From contig NEEC01000011.1 in the NCBI GenBank assembly GCA_002189035.1, positions 2,418,001 through 2,482,000 of the forward strand: a stretch of DNA of 64,000 bases, given 5' to 3'. A program made the translations under genes and the position numbers. Below are positions 1 through 11,969 of the stretch, piece by piece (the first letter of the stretch is position 1; the number at the start of each line of letters is the position of its first letter). This DNA is from Utricularia gibba. Taxonomy: Eukaryota > Plantae > Magnoliophyta. The notes under the pieces were generated by a model, which worked only from the letters and a program-made list of their open reading frames with translations, was not told where the DNA came from and did no database searches.

Positions 1-1490
1 AGCGTAAACACCATTCCCAGAAAATTGGCGCACCCCAGAAGGATCAACGACTTTCTGACTCCGATTCCGGCGGGATATCCGGCGTGCTTCATTGGATCTG
101 GGGACTGAGCGGCGTAAAGAAATCCGAAAGCTCCAACGATGGAACCCGCTTTTCCGGAAGCCGCGGAAATCCCGTGACAGGTGGATCGGAATCTCGCCGG
201 GAAGATCTCCGCCGCGACGACGAAAGTGGTGGCATTTGGTCCGAAATTGGCGAAAAAGAAGGTTAGTGCATAGATGACTAAGAACCCAATTCGGTTATCT
301 TTCTGTGTCCAGTGATCGTACGGTATCGCCAGAGCAAACATAAACGCAGTCATGAAGAAGAAGCCCATTAACTGAATTGTGAAGCGCCCCAATTTTTCGA
401 TGAACCCCATCGTGAACCAGAATCCGGGAAGTGCCAAGAGGGAGACCAGGATCTGGGCTCTGGTGACTTTGAAGACTTCTTCTAAAGCATTCACCGATGA
501 AGGTATTGGGATCCATTTCATGGAGATGAAAATGTCTTTCTGAAACAGAGTTTGGCTGTAAAACGCGATGCCCATAAAAAACCAGGTACTGGTGGTGCCC
601 AGAAGATGACGCCCATGGCGGCGGAGAAATTCCTTGGAAAATAAACCAAATTGGTTTCTTCTTTCGTCTAATTGCGACTCAGTTGTCTCCAGATCCACGT
701 TCAGTACCTTGGACATATCGGCGGCGGCTTGTTTCGCGTTATTGGCGATGAGCGCCGTGTAACGAGCGGTTTCCGGCAATTTTCTCCGTTGGAAGAACGC
801 GGCGGTCGCCGGAACGGCACCGAACATGAGCATCACACGCCACGCGAAGTCGGCTTGAGGGACAGTGGAGCGGATTGGATCAACGGCGTAGGGCGGAGCC
901 GGGAACCCCGCCTTGAACGAGGAGGAGAGAATGAGCCCCACCATTCCTGCGGACATACTTCCGATGCCGCTCATCAAATAAACGGCGGCGAGAAACCTTC
1001 CTCGTGTTCTCTTATTCGCGTACTCCGCCACGATCGTCGCGCAAAGTGGTTGACTTCCACCCACCCCGAACCCCACCCAAAACCTAAAGAAACACAGTGT
1101 AGCCATGACGGACGCAGGCCGGTCGCTGAAAGAAAGCCCTGAACCAACGGGAGAGATGATCATGAACACCAGCGCAATCCCATACGCTTCTTTCCGGCCT
1201 ATTCGATCACCAAGCCACCCGAAAAACAACTGCCCCACCAACGCTCCACATAAAATAACTGCACTGATTGCGGACGACACGTTCGGCGGTAGAGTTCCCG
1301 GCATCGGCGATCCCTCATGGTGGTAATAAATGCGGCCAAGAAGCCTAGTTACCAAGGAAATGGAGAATAGATCGTACGCACCGGCGAGAAACCCGATCCC
1401 GGCGACAATTAACGCCGTGAAATGGAACTTTTGCGTCTTCGCCGAGTCCAGAGCATCCAGCACTTCCACCTTCCGCCCTTCTTCCTCCAT
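1..1490 (-). CDS. PHT1: PHT1-family (phosphate:H+ symporter, MFS) transporter with atypical binding-site residues; 3'-partial, runs off window
   Basis: Hand translation from the ATG at 1490 gives an uninterrupted single-exon frame to base 1: [141 protein letters not shown]. These are hallmark PHT1 motifs. The ORF track omits it because no stop lies inside the window. Confidence 0.95.
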   Translation of the reverse strand, partial: MEEEGRKVEVLDALDSAKTQKFHFTALIVAGIGFLAGAYDLFSISLVTRLLGRIYYHHEGSPMPGTLPPNVSSAISAVILCGALVGQLFFGWLGDRIGRKEAYGIALVFMIISPVGSGLSFSDRPASVMATLCFFRFWVGFGVGGSQPLCATIVAEYANKRTRGRFLAAVYLMSGIGSMSAGMVGLILSSSFKAGFPAPPYAVDPIRSTVPQADFAWRVMLMFGAVPATAAFFQRRKLPETARYTALIANNAKQAAADMSKVLNVDLETTESQLDERRNQFGLFSKEFLRRHGRHLLGTTSTWFFMGIAFYSQTLFQKDIFISMKWIPIPSSVNALEEVFKVTRAQILVSLLALPGFWFTMGFIEKLGRFTIQLMGFFFMTAFMFALAIPYDHWTQKDNRIGFLVIYALTFFFANFGPNATTFVVAAEIFPARFRSTCHGISAASGKAGSIVGAFGFLYAAQSPDPMKHAGYPAGIGVRKSLILLGCANFLGMVFT

Positions 1491-2283
1491 TAAAAACCAC
1501 GATCGTTAATAACAGAAGAAGCTCACCCTTCTCCGTACCCATCTATTAATAACAGGGTTACCGCAGTGATAAAGACACTGTACCGGGTCAAAACCCTACC
1601 TCGTTGCGTTGACTTTTTAGAAGAAAAGTGAACCCTCGCCACACGATTGGACAATCAAAAGCCCTAATCTTCCAGATTAATATTAATTACACATGCTTCT
1701 AGAAGGAATCAATGGGAGGGGCGAAACTGGAACAACACAATTAAATGAGACCCCTCTTTTCAAAGCTGTCGAATTTTGAAGTATATCAAGGAATTAAATA
1801 GAATGACCAAAGGCTGAAAGATCTCAGCCGCTGGATCGTGCGAAATCGGACGGCTCAGCGATATTCTCAGCCCAAGAAGAAGCCAAGTCGGTTGTCGTTG
1901 ACTTTTAATTTTTAATATTTTGTTGCGTGGCGTGGTGTCATTGCAATTTGCAAACATAAAAAGTGCACCGCGGCCCACATCGGATATTGAAATAAAAAAA
2001 TGAGTATTATATAATTAAATTGAAGAATATCACATTGAATGGCTATAATTGGACTTAATATAATAATGCCTTACCTAAAATTGAACAATATCATACAAGT
2101 AATATAATAATGCCTTTCCTAAGAGTTTGTCGTGTTGGGAATATTTTTGGAATAAATTATGACAAAGGTGATGATAAGTCACGTTTTTCAAGGCATTCGT
2201 CCAACAAGAACAAACAACATCGGAAGTAGAGGTATTCATTCATTTAATTGCGTAATTTGTTCATTTCAGAAATAATCAATTTC

Positions 2284-3036
2284 TCATAGCTTTGATGGTG
2301 CAACAAGCTCGATCTTCGCTCCCACAAGTGCGCATGCCTCGGGGTACATCGCCGTCCTGATCCCAGCATATGCCGCCCCGCTCCACCGTCTCGCTGCCAG
2401 TTCCTCTGCCTTCTTCACGGCGGCGCTGAGGACCTCCTCCGCGCTACCGTACGCGGAATCAACGATCCCCATCCTCACGGCCTCCTCCGCGCTCACCTTC
2501 GCCGCTCGCAGCAGGACTTCCCGCCTCGCCGCCGCGGATCCGATCTTCGCGCGGATCAGCTCCATGAAATAATCAGGCAGAGTCATGCCCATGTCCAATT
2601 CACTCATATACAGCACCGCTCGAGAGGACGTCATCATGACGTAGTCGTGACACATCGCGAGAATCATCCCCGCGGCGGCAGCGTGACCGGTAACCGCCGC
2701 GACGGTTGGCATAGGGAGGGAGAGAAGATCCGCGACCACTCCTCTGAACAGCTTCACCATCCTTAAAAGTTCCAATCCGGCGGCGTCGGAGGAGCCCGAT
2801 TTAACGCCGACGGCCTGCGCGTGCCTCAGATCGAAGCCGTTGGAGAAGAAACGCCCCTCCGCCACGGTGACCAACGCGGATCCATCGACCGATTGCGATT
2901 TCACCTCGGACAAGGCGGAGCGGATGGCGGCGATCAGATCCGGATGGAGGCGATGCTCCTGATCCTTCTCCGTGTCCCCAATTAGCGTCAGGATGAAGAG
3001 GCGTCCTCGTTTCTCCAACGTGCACATCGCAGACAA
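2284..3036 (-). CDS. ECI: Peroxisomal enoyl-CoA delta isomerase (crotonase fold), single exon
   Basis: MCTLEKRGRLFILTL N-terminus (likely start 3027), FFSNGFDL and AAVTGHAAAAG crotonase motifs, C-terminal SKL (PTS1). Confidence 0.9.
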   Translation of the reverse strand: MSAMCTLEKRGRLFILTLIGDTEKDQEHRLHPDLIAAIRSALSEVKSQSVDGSALVTVAEGRFFSNGFDLRHAQAVGVKSGSSDAAGLELLRMVKLFRGVVADLLSLPMPTVAAVTGHAAAAGMILAMCHDYVMMTSSRAVLYMSELDMGMTLPDYFMELIRAKIGSAAARREVLLRAAKVSAEEAVRMGIVDSAYGSAEEVLSAAVKKAEELAARRWSGAAYAGIRTAMYPEACALVGAKIELVAPSKL

Positions 3037-3210
3037 AATTAGATGACCCAGCTCGAAACGACGGCGTACTCCACCTATATAACCCCCTTTTCTTTATTTG
3101 AATAATAACCGTAATTCAGAAACGGCGTCGTCTATCCCCGGCTCCCACTTGTACAGACCCCGGTCCGGTCAGGACCCGGGCCGGGAACACACAACTCGGT
3201 TTTGAGTCAG

Positions 3211-4961
3211 TTATCCACATCCATTCTCGTGGTGTAGAAGAAAGTCATTCAGTTTCTCCCTTCTGTGCTTCATATCAGATATCATCTTCTCAGTTTGACA
3301 GATGATCTGTTGAGGTAAAAACTCCTCCAAGTATCCAATCCACTCACCTAGTGTCATCTTCTCCAAGTCCAACAGGTTTTTCGCCTCCCTTTTGATCTCA
3401 ACACCACCCGAATGTGGCAAAACTTGTTCTTTCCTGGAATCATCCTTTCTGATATCACATGATCTTTCCACTTCTTCGATCATTTGAGTTTCAGCCGTAC
3501 TTCTGTTGGCTGTTTTCAGGATCTTTCTTTGCTGAACACTGTCCAAATCTTTGAAAACTTGCTTCTTTGAGGTCCTACCTCTCCTCCCACCTACCTTTCT
3601 TTCACCCATATGCCTGTGTGTCTCTTCGATCGTGCCATCCATTCCATTTCTTACCGCAGAATAACTTTTTTCATTACTTGCGCTTTTCACCAGATGGGCA
3701 TTTCCATCTTCTGGTATACCTCCTGCTTTTGCAGTTTCGGAGCTCTTTTTTCCCATTTTCAGCTCAACACCATCCACTTGCCTCCTTGAATTCCTCAGAG
3801 TTTGTTTTGTTTCACCCAAATCCCTAACTGCCTCCTCCAGCAAACCATTCTTTCCATTCTTCTCCTCACATCCAGCAACCCCAGCTGCAGGTGTACTTGA
3901 TTTTGCATTTTTCGAGCTCTTGGTCTCCCCTTAAGCTCAACAGCGTCTGAATGTGGCAAATCTTGCTCTTTCTTTGACCTCCTAGTCCTCCTCTGACCCA
4001 GTTTTACTTCACCCAATTCCTTTTTAATCTCCTCCAGTAAACCATCCTCACCATTTTTCATCTCACATTCTGCCCTTTCATCACCTGGTCTTTTCTCCGT
4101 TTCAGTGATCCCAGCTTCCGGCATACTGATTTCCGGTTCTTTTGAGCTGTTGTTTCCCTCCATTTTGATGCCAACACTATCCAAACCTCTTACTGTTTGT
4201 TCTTTCCTTGAACCCCGAGTCCTCCTCTGCTCACCCTGTTTTGTCACATAATTCGTCTCTTCCACCAACCTCTCCCTCCTCCTCGACTTTCCAGTTGCAC
4301 TAATGGTAGCATTCTCAGGAAGCTCGCTTTGGAATTCAGTTTTCTTCAACAGCCTTGTGCTTCTACAACGGCTCAGTGTAATACCCTCCTTTTTCAAAAC
4401 TGTTTCTTCACCAGTATTTCCAGCTTCACAAGCTGTTTTCTCCTCTAGTGTTCCTAACTTAGATCCTGAGAAATTTAACTCAGATTCCTCATGAATGACG
4501 CCTAAATCTATTCCATGACTCCTCACTCTCCGCTTCGGATTCCTGCTCATGTTTCGAGGACACGAATCTCTCCCACCATCTTGCACTCCAAATTTCACGC
4601 CAATCGTCGTCTGCTCACCAATTTCAACGACGTCTCCTTCCGATAAGAGCGCCGGAACCGACGGGCTCAGCTGTCGGCGGTTCAAGGCAGTGCCGTTTGA
4701 AGAACCCAGATCCGTGATTACCCATCCCATACCCCCGAGATCCGACACGTATTCAACTTGAATAACTACATGTTTCGATGAAATTCCGGCATCTTTGATT
4801 GCAACCGTGTTGCCTGTTGCAATACGGCCAATACGAACCTTTTTCCCGGGTTTGAAATCGCGGATTTCCCCGGAAACTGGGCCTTTCTGGAACACGAGGC
4901 GCAGGAAGGGCAACTGGCCGTATTCTCCGGCAACCGCGGCGGCGGACTTCTTCCGAGCCAT
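3211..4961 (-). CDS. FHA-domain protein with repetitive charged linker; one apparent frameshift near 3927-3930
   Basis: N-terminal FHA motifs (VRIGR, GISSKH, DLGSSNGT) and C-terminal EKMTLGEWIGYLE..LPQQI helix typical of plant FHA proteins. The two ORFs join if one G is added to a G4 run. Confidence 0.85.
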
Positions 4962-5154
4962 AATCAGGTATTAGCAAGGTGATACCGGAGATGCAGAGGG
5001 GCGGGTGGGAAGAAAGAGGAACTTGAAAATTTGAATTCCCGATTTGAGCGAGCGAAAAGGTTTTCACGTCTTGACATAAATCTCCCTACAAATATTCAAA
5101 ATCGCATTTCTGCCCCATTCTACTATTCTAATTTCTGTTTTCACCCCAGCACCT

Positions 5155-8100
5155 TCATGTAGGCAAAATTCTAAGCAAACGTAGAGCACGCATCCATGGC
5201 GGCCTCTCTGATAACACTATTTTCCTCAGCACAGGTACTGCTCCCGCGGCTACGATGGCGCCATGGTTCTCGCTCTCCATACTCAGGTTATACAAAATCC
5301 CCAAACTCGCTTCAATGCCTCGAATGCTACCTTTCTCCATCATCTCCACAAGGGGGAATATCCCCCCTGGGACGCCACTGCTCTAGTCGAATCGACCAAC
5401 CCTTCCGATATGATTCGATTAAGCTCCAGAACAGCTGTTTCCTTGACATCCATGGGGAATGGACCTTTCAGTAGGTGTATCAGCCTTGGGATCGTCTCGT
5501 AAAGAGTCACCTCCATGTTGACAGGGTTGTCGAGAACGAACTTGTCTCCAGATTCAGAGGTGAGCTTGATCAGGCAAGCAGCGATCATGCTCTTGTTCTC
5601 GAGAGGAATGCTCGATTGGAGGAGAGTCCGGAGCAGTGAGGTAAGGTTTTCGAAGTTCACGGCGCGGCGGAATGGTTCATGGTCGAGCAATTTCATGAGC
5701 AGATGTGAAGCAGCTGAGACTGCTAGGCCAGCTTCCTCCAGCTTCAGGATTCGGATTTCAGGCTTCTCTGTGTCAGCGCCATCATGCTCCAATTCCGCTG
5801 ATTACAGTCAGTGAAAAAAGCCAAGATGCAACCCAAATCAGAAGAGCAAAACAAGAATGGATTAAAGCGAATTCCAGAGCACAGTCATACACAGAATCGC
5901 GGGTCCAGCTTACCTGTTGAACATTTCTGCCGGAAAACCTCTTCCATGGTAGATGCAATCCCTGCAGAAATGAGATTATCGAGTGGAGTTCCAATTGATA
6001 CGATGAACTCAAGTATGGAGGCTGCTCTTCTCTGCAATTCAGGTGTTGATGTCTCCAAGACTTGCACGAGGCAAGAAAGGATACCAGCATCAGTGAAGCT
6101 CTCTGCATGAGGATTATGCAGGCTGCGGAGAAAAACATTCTCATTAGACCTCAAGAGTATCGGTGACCGGAGTTTAAGGAGAAACAGCCTTAGGAAGATC
6201 AACGACAGGTTGGAGTTCAAAATTTTCAGAACTCAACTCTGACAAATACCTTGACGAGGGATCACTTGCAGAAGTCTTTGCCACTGACCCATCAATTTTG
6301 TCTTCATAAAACTGAGTACCGGAAAGATCAGTACAGCGCACCAACCTAAAGACTCAAAGCAGAATACATTGAATGACAAGACAGAAGGAACCTTGTGTTT
6401 CATTTCTTTGTTGGGATCCAAAATCCGCGAAAGAATGCTCAGTATCTGCAGAAAAGCACCAACCATTACTTTCCAACCTGTGGCAATACAGTTACAAAGA
6501 CAATCCAGAGAACAAACAAATACCAGAGGTCTCAAGCTATGCGATGTGCTTGCTGAAGATTGCTTAAGCAAACTTAGAAGAGGCTGCAGTGCTCCTTCTG
6601 CTTCAATTGTCTGGCAAACATTAGTGCTGGATCACAAATCAAATCCACAGATTTAAATTGACGCACAGGGGAGAACTCGACAAAATGAAAAGGGTAAGTG
6701 GTTGATTGCCATAACTTGTATTAAGAAAACGGAATTCATCTCATGTATAGATGTATTAATGCATTGCTACCTGATGGACAGCCTATCTAAAGCTCGAAGG
6801 GTGGCTAATTGTACTTCATGATTTGGGTGGCTAACTAGCAGAACAAGATGTTTGACTGCACCAGCTTCCTTAAAAGAACAACGCATATGCTCATTAACAG
6901 ATGCATCAGATATTGAGTCTGCAGCTCTAGAAATAGCAGATTCATCATTGAGTTGAAGTATTAGAACAAGACGAGCAACAGCATCAATCCATGGTAACAG
7001 TGTTAGCCTCTGAGAAGAAGTGGATGTTCCATCATTCTTATTGCTACTTTCAGCTTCAATTGCACCTATACGAGCAAGGAACTGTTGGTGTGTCCTCCCA
7101 AGTACTGCATTCACTTTTGATTCATCCAAGTCAACATTGTTGTTGCCTATATTCAGACCAAGCAGTAACTCTGAAGCACCATATCTAGAAGCGGTATTCG
7201 GTGTGGATTGCTCTATTTCTGTACCATCCGGTAAAGAGGGCCAGGAGTACAAAGCTGGTCTCAAGGTTTTGTAGGCAGCAGCACCAACCAAAGGAACCAC
7301 AACTAGGCCTTCTTCCATCACAAGTAATCGGTAATAATCATCCTTTGCAAGTTCCAATAATATATTTCTTGCTATTTTTCGAATGACTTTTGCATCCTTT
7401 GAATCCTCCATCAAGATCCTTGACTGCAATAAAATCCAGTAATGCCAAAATTCAGAAATTAACAACACAAGAGTGAGAAAACAGCATGACAATGGTCTTG
7501 TTACCAGTTTTGGGATAACTCCAATTTCAACAATTATTTTGTGGTTTGCAGGGTGCAAAGCAAGGTTAGCCAGGAGCCCTCCAGCCGCTTCTTTGATTTT
7601 CATATCTTCATCATCTAAGCACTTGACAATCAAGGGAAGGATCTCAGATCGAGACACTTGGGCACCAAGCTTTTCATCTACAGCCAAGTTCCATAAAGTA
7701 CATAATGCTTGCTCCTTCACCTGCACCAGATGAAGTTTATCAGTATAGGGATAGCTGACTTCCAAGCCAGCAATCAGCAAATATTCTGTACGTTAGATGA
7801 CACCGCCAAGCGCCCCAGCAGGACAGTGACTGCTTCAATTGCACCACTAGCAGCAACACGCTCTCTGTATGAGTTAATCGAAGATATCACCCGAAGTAGA
7901 CCAGCTGATGCTTCACATGCTGAATCGGAGTCTGACTGCAGAAGGTTAACAATAAGATTGAGAGTGCCACCATATTTCATGATGTTATCAACATACTCTT
8001 TTCCTCCTAATGAATACTTCCATAAAGCAATTACAGCCTGCTCTCTATCCAGACTACTATTATCTAATCCCAGCATCCGAACAAACAACGGCAGGTACGC

Positions 8101-8847
8101 ATCATTCGCATCCGGTGTTTTGTTGTCCAAAGTCTGCGGATCCTGTGAATTGTTACAAATGAAGAGTTACACAGGAAGCATCTTTCAGACATCGCTAACT
8201 CCTAACACTAAAATGGTTAAAACTTAACATATGCGCATAAGGGAATGAGTAAAATTGACAGCATATGATAAACCTAAACAGCAGGCATTTCTTGATAAAA
8301 CTTTCAGGAGTTTCATCCACCCAACCATAAGCATTAACCCAACTGCAAAAACCTCACATACTGTGAAAGATACTGAGTTTGGCGCATTGCTAGACAATTT
8401 TGACTGCAGTATCACAAAAACCACCTTGGGGACAATGCATCACTGAACATTTGCATTGCCAACCCCAAGTGTTGGTCTGGTTAAGATGCCAACTAGAAGA
8501 ATATAGTCTAGAGTCGGCAATATGCAATTTGGCTCATCAAAAGTCACACAACATTCACAATCCATCATTCAGAATCTTGAATATAAGAAATCACTATGTG
8601 TCTAAAACATGAGTGATGAAATTGTATATGAGGGAAAAGGCAGAGCGCTCACCGCAGAAGCTGCGGACTGCACTTGGGCAGCAAAGATTTCACCTTGCCC
8701 ACCATTATCGCTATATGCCTTCGTGGGCTGTGAACAATAACGGTATCTGGGAAGCTTGTTCACTGAAAAGGCTCTCACGCGGCCATGGCCGCGGAAGCGA
8801 GGCCTTATTAAACACGGGATGGTGAAAACTGGGAGTGCGGTGGACAT
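5155..8847 (-). CDS. Armadillo-repeat protein with probable organellar transit peptide; multi-exon; apparent frameshift at 5362-5367
   Basis: ARM repeats across exons (LFVRMLGLDNSSLDREQAVIALWKYSLGG, KEQALCTLWNLAVDE, KEAAGGLLANLAL, ASLGILYNLSM), GT-AG junctions, Ser/Arg-rich N-terminus. Confidence 0.85.
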
Positions 8848-9257
8848 TTACGCTTTCCCTTTCCTTCCCTTGTCCCGCTTTACTCAAAAACATCACACAA
8901 GAATTGAAATTGATGACACAGCCATCGAACTTCGGTATTGCTACAGATTTCTCAGGACTCAGGAGGAGTATTCAGGTTTCGCTTTCTTGCTATGGGAATC
9001 AGGATAAGGCCATGCTAATGCTAATGGCCTGCGCCTTGGGCTGTTTACGCCTCATCACCAACGAGAGAGGGACACGGTGACACGGATACGGGAGGGGTCC
9101 GGTCCGACCCCCCCAGGTTCCCAAATTGTGGTAAGGTATTTAATCATATTATTTTTTAATCAAAGGGCATTATTACCACAGTTTAATTTTCGACACGGAG
9201 GCGCGTGGGGCTGTTTCCGCCGAGTCCCTGATTCCCATAAACCCTAATCGATGAAAA

Positions 9258-11557
9258 ATGCGTTCTATAGTACTTCGAGTCCTACGGAATACCATTTTGC
9301 TCCGCCACCAAACGCACATCGGAGTTTCTTGGTTTCATTTCCGTGGATTTGCAGTTGTCGCTCATGAAGGCGATTGTTTTCATTCACAGTTTTATGACAG
9401 ATGGAGATTACAATATGTGTGGAATTCACCTCGCTCTTTCGGTTCCCTGGCCGCTGTTGATGCGTCTGGTTCTGATGGTTTGACAGTGGAACGCATCATT
9501 TCAAGTAATTGGGTGATCTATGATGAAAATGAGAGTGACTGGAAAAGCCACGCTGCAGCAGTCGCTCAATCTTTACATCTTATTAAGAAACGCCTCAGGG
9601 TGCGTATGCTTTTAATTTCTATTTGGTTTCTTGTTCGGTTTCTCGATGGTTTTTCTGTAATCCAGATCGAGCTAGCAGGTGGTTTCAGGGTAAAAGCTTG
9701 TTTTTTTGGACTGAGTTTGTAGTTGATTTGGCTTTATGTCCCCAATCTCTGTCAATATGGTGCTAGTGTTTTTCATGCTGCTTGCAACTGCTAAAAAGAC
9801 ATGTTTTTAAGTCCTGGAGCCTGCAGTGATTACACTGTTAAGTAAACTATCTTCATTGCTTCTTTGGATCGCAGTGGAAAACGTTAATTCCGAAACTGGA
9901 AGAATTGTCAAAAGAGCTGAATAATCCAGAGCTTTGGAGCGATCCCCCACATGCTGGAAAAGTAAGCCGCGAGCATGGTTCCATTATGGGAAAGATAAAA
10001 GAGTTCAATGCTTATGAAAAAGAACTATTTGAGCACATTGACATGATCAAACTTGCCCGTGAAGAGAATGACACTACAATGGAAGTGGTGGGCCTTGATT
10101 TCTTATTCTTTAGCATTGTGTTGGCATGCATTCTACTGTTATTCCTATCAAAATGCCTTTTTTCTGCTGTTGTCGTTTTCTAATTCTCATGTAATCAGTC
10201 CATTGCTTAACCTGTGGCTTCCTGAAAACCGAACTTCTTGAGCTGCATCATATTTGATTTGAAACGGATGTCGATTTCACTGTTCTAAGCACTTATCACA
10301 ACTACTCCGGAATGCAGGAATCTATGAATGCTCTACTTTCTCTCAGGAGGCTTCTCAAAGAGAAGGAGCTAGAAGCTCTACTATCATGGGATGAAGACTC
10401 TTGTTCATGTTTCATAGAGGTAAACTCATTTGTCTCGTACAAATGCAGAGTCGTAGCTCTAGCTTTCATCTTATGATTTCAAAATTTTCACTGCTTTTGT
10501 TCGTTCTACATACTCTTGTTCACTCTATATTCCATAACTACAAATCCCGTAGGTCCAAGCTGGAGCTGGTGGTACTGAGAGCATGGACTGGGCCTCCACG
10601 GTGATGCAGATGTACAAGAGGTGGGCTGAGCTTCGTGGCTATGGCGTTACAGTTATCGATGAAATGCCTGGTGAGATTGCAGGAATCAAGGTGTTTCTTA
10701 ACTCCTCCTTTTCTTCTATTTCCTGGTCTGAGTGATGAGCGTAGTGTCATGTCCATACTACACACACAGCCAACTGCTCTGGAAGTAAGCTTCTTTAGTG
10801 TATTGTGTGTCTTCCAGAGGGCTACAATCAGAGTTGATGGAGAATATGCATTTGGCTTTGCAAAAACAGAAGTTGGTGCACATCGCCTGGTGCGCATTTC
10901 GCCATTCGACAGCAACAAGCGCCGGCACACATCCTTCGCTTCTGTTGCGGTCACCCCCATTTTGGGTGATGAATTTTCCCATTTCCAGATCAACGAGTCC
11001 GACCTTCGAGTCGAAAGGTTCCGAGCCGGGGGTGCAGGCGGGCAGCACGTCAACACAACGGAGAGTGCTGTGAGAATCACTCATATCCCTACCGGAATCA
11101 GTGCCTCTTGCCAAAATGAAAGGTCACCACTCTTAATCCCTTCTTGTACACCATCCTTCTTTTTCTCATTCGAAACTCTCCAGATCCCAGCATCAGAACA
11201 AGGCTTCCGCCATGGCCGTGCTCCAATCCCGGTTGGACCAACTCGAGATGGTCCGCCAGGCGGAGAAAAACGCAGTGCATAAGCAGTCACTCACCAGCAT
11301 CAACTTCGGCAGCCAGATTCGATCTTATGTCCTTCATGTACGCATCTCTGATTCACAACTCCTCTCTGTTCCCTCTCCTTGCTGATGATCGTCGTTGTTA
11401 CTCTCAGCCGTATCGAATGGTCAAGGATCATCGGACCGGCCACGAGGTCTCCGATCCAGACTTCGTACTCCAAGGAAACCTCGATGGCTTCATGCTGAGC
11501 TCGCTGTCTGCCGACATCGATGCCGCCGATGACGACGGGCCCTGTGAAGCCGGATGA
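9258..11557 (+). CDS. PRFB2: Organellar peptide chain release factor 2 (PrfB2-type), multi-exon
   Basis: RISPF (SPF anticodon mimic) and GGAGGQHVN (GGQ) motifs, [24 protein letters not shown] after splicing; N-terminal [17 protein letters not shown] segment typical of plant PrfB2. Confidence 0.92.
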
Positions 11558-11969
11558 AGAACCCAAGTCTAATTTATTGTTAGTTTATTTTTAATTAAAT
11601 AAATTTATATTTCTCAAAAATTATTTATTAAATGTTTTTATAATTATAATTATATATTATGTACTTATTAAAATAAAAATGATTAAGTAAATTAACTTAA
11701 CCATACAGTATCTTCCATATAAAAAAAATAATGCAAAATGGAGCTGTAGCGTGTGATGCATGCGGAAAATCAATCAGATTGATCCGACAGCTGAGATGAC
11801 CCGTCGCGCCCGCGGACTGCCCGGGGGAGCTTCGGCGCATTTTTTAATTTCCTTTTTTATATTATATTGCCACGTCTTTTCCTTTGATCTGATTGGACAA
11901 AACGGTGGACTAAGGGCATAGTTGTCATTTCAAAACAATTTGAGGATGAAACCAAGTGGGTTGGTTTTC

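Noticed and set aside
84-1542. Several short ORF-track entries (e.g. 295-516, 672-1142, 1345-1542)
   Set aside because: They are alternative-frame or antisense shadows of the PHT1 coding sequence.
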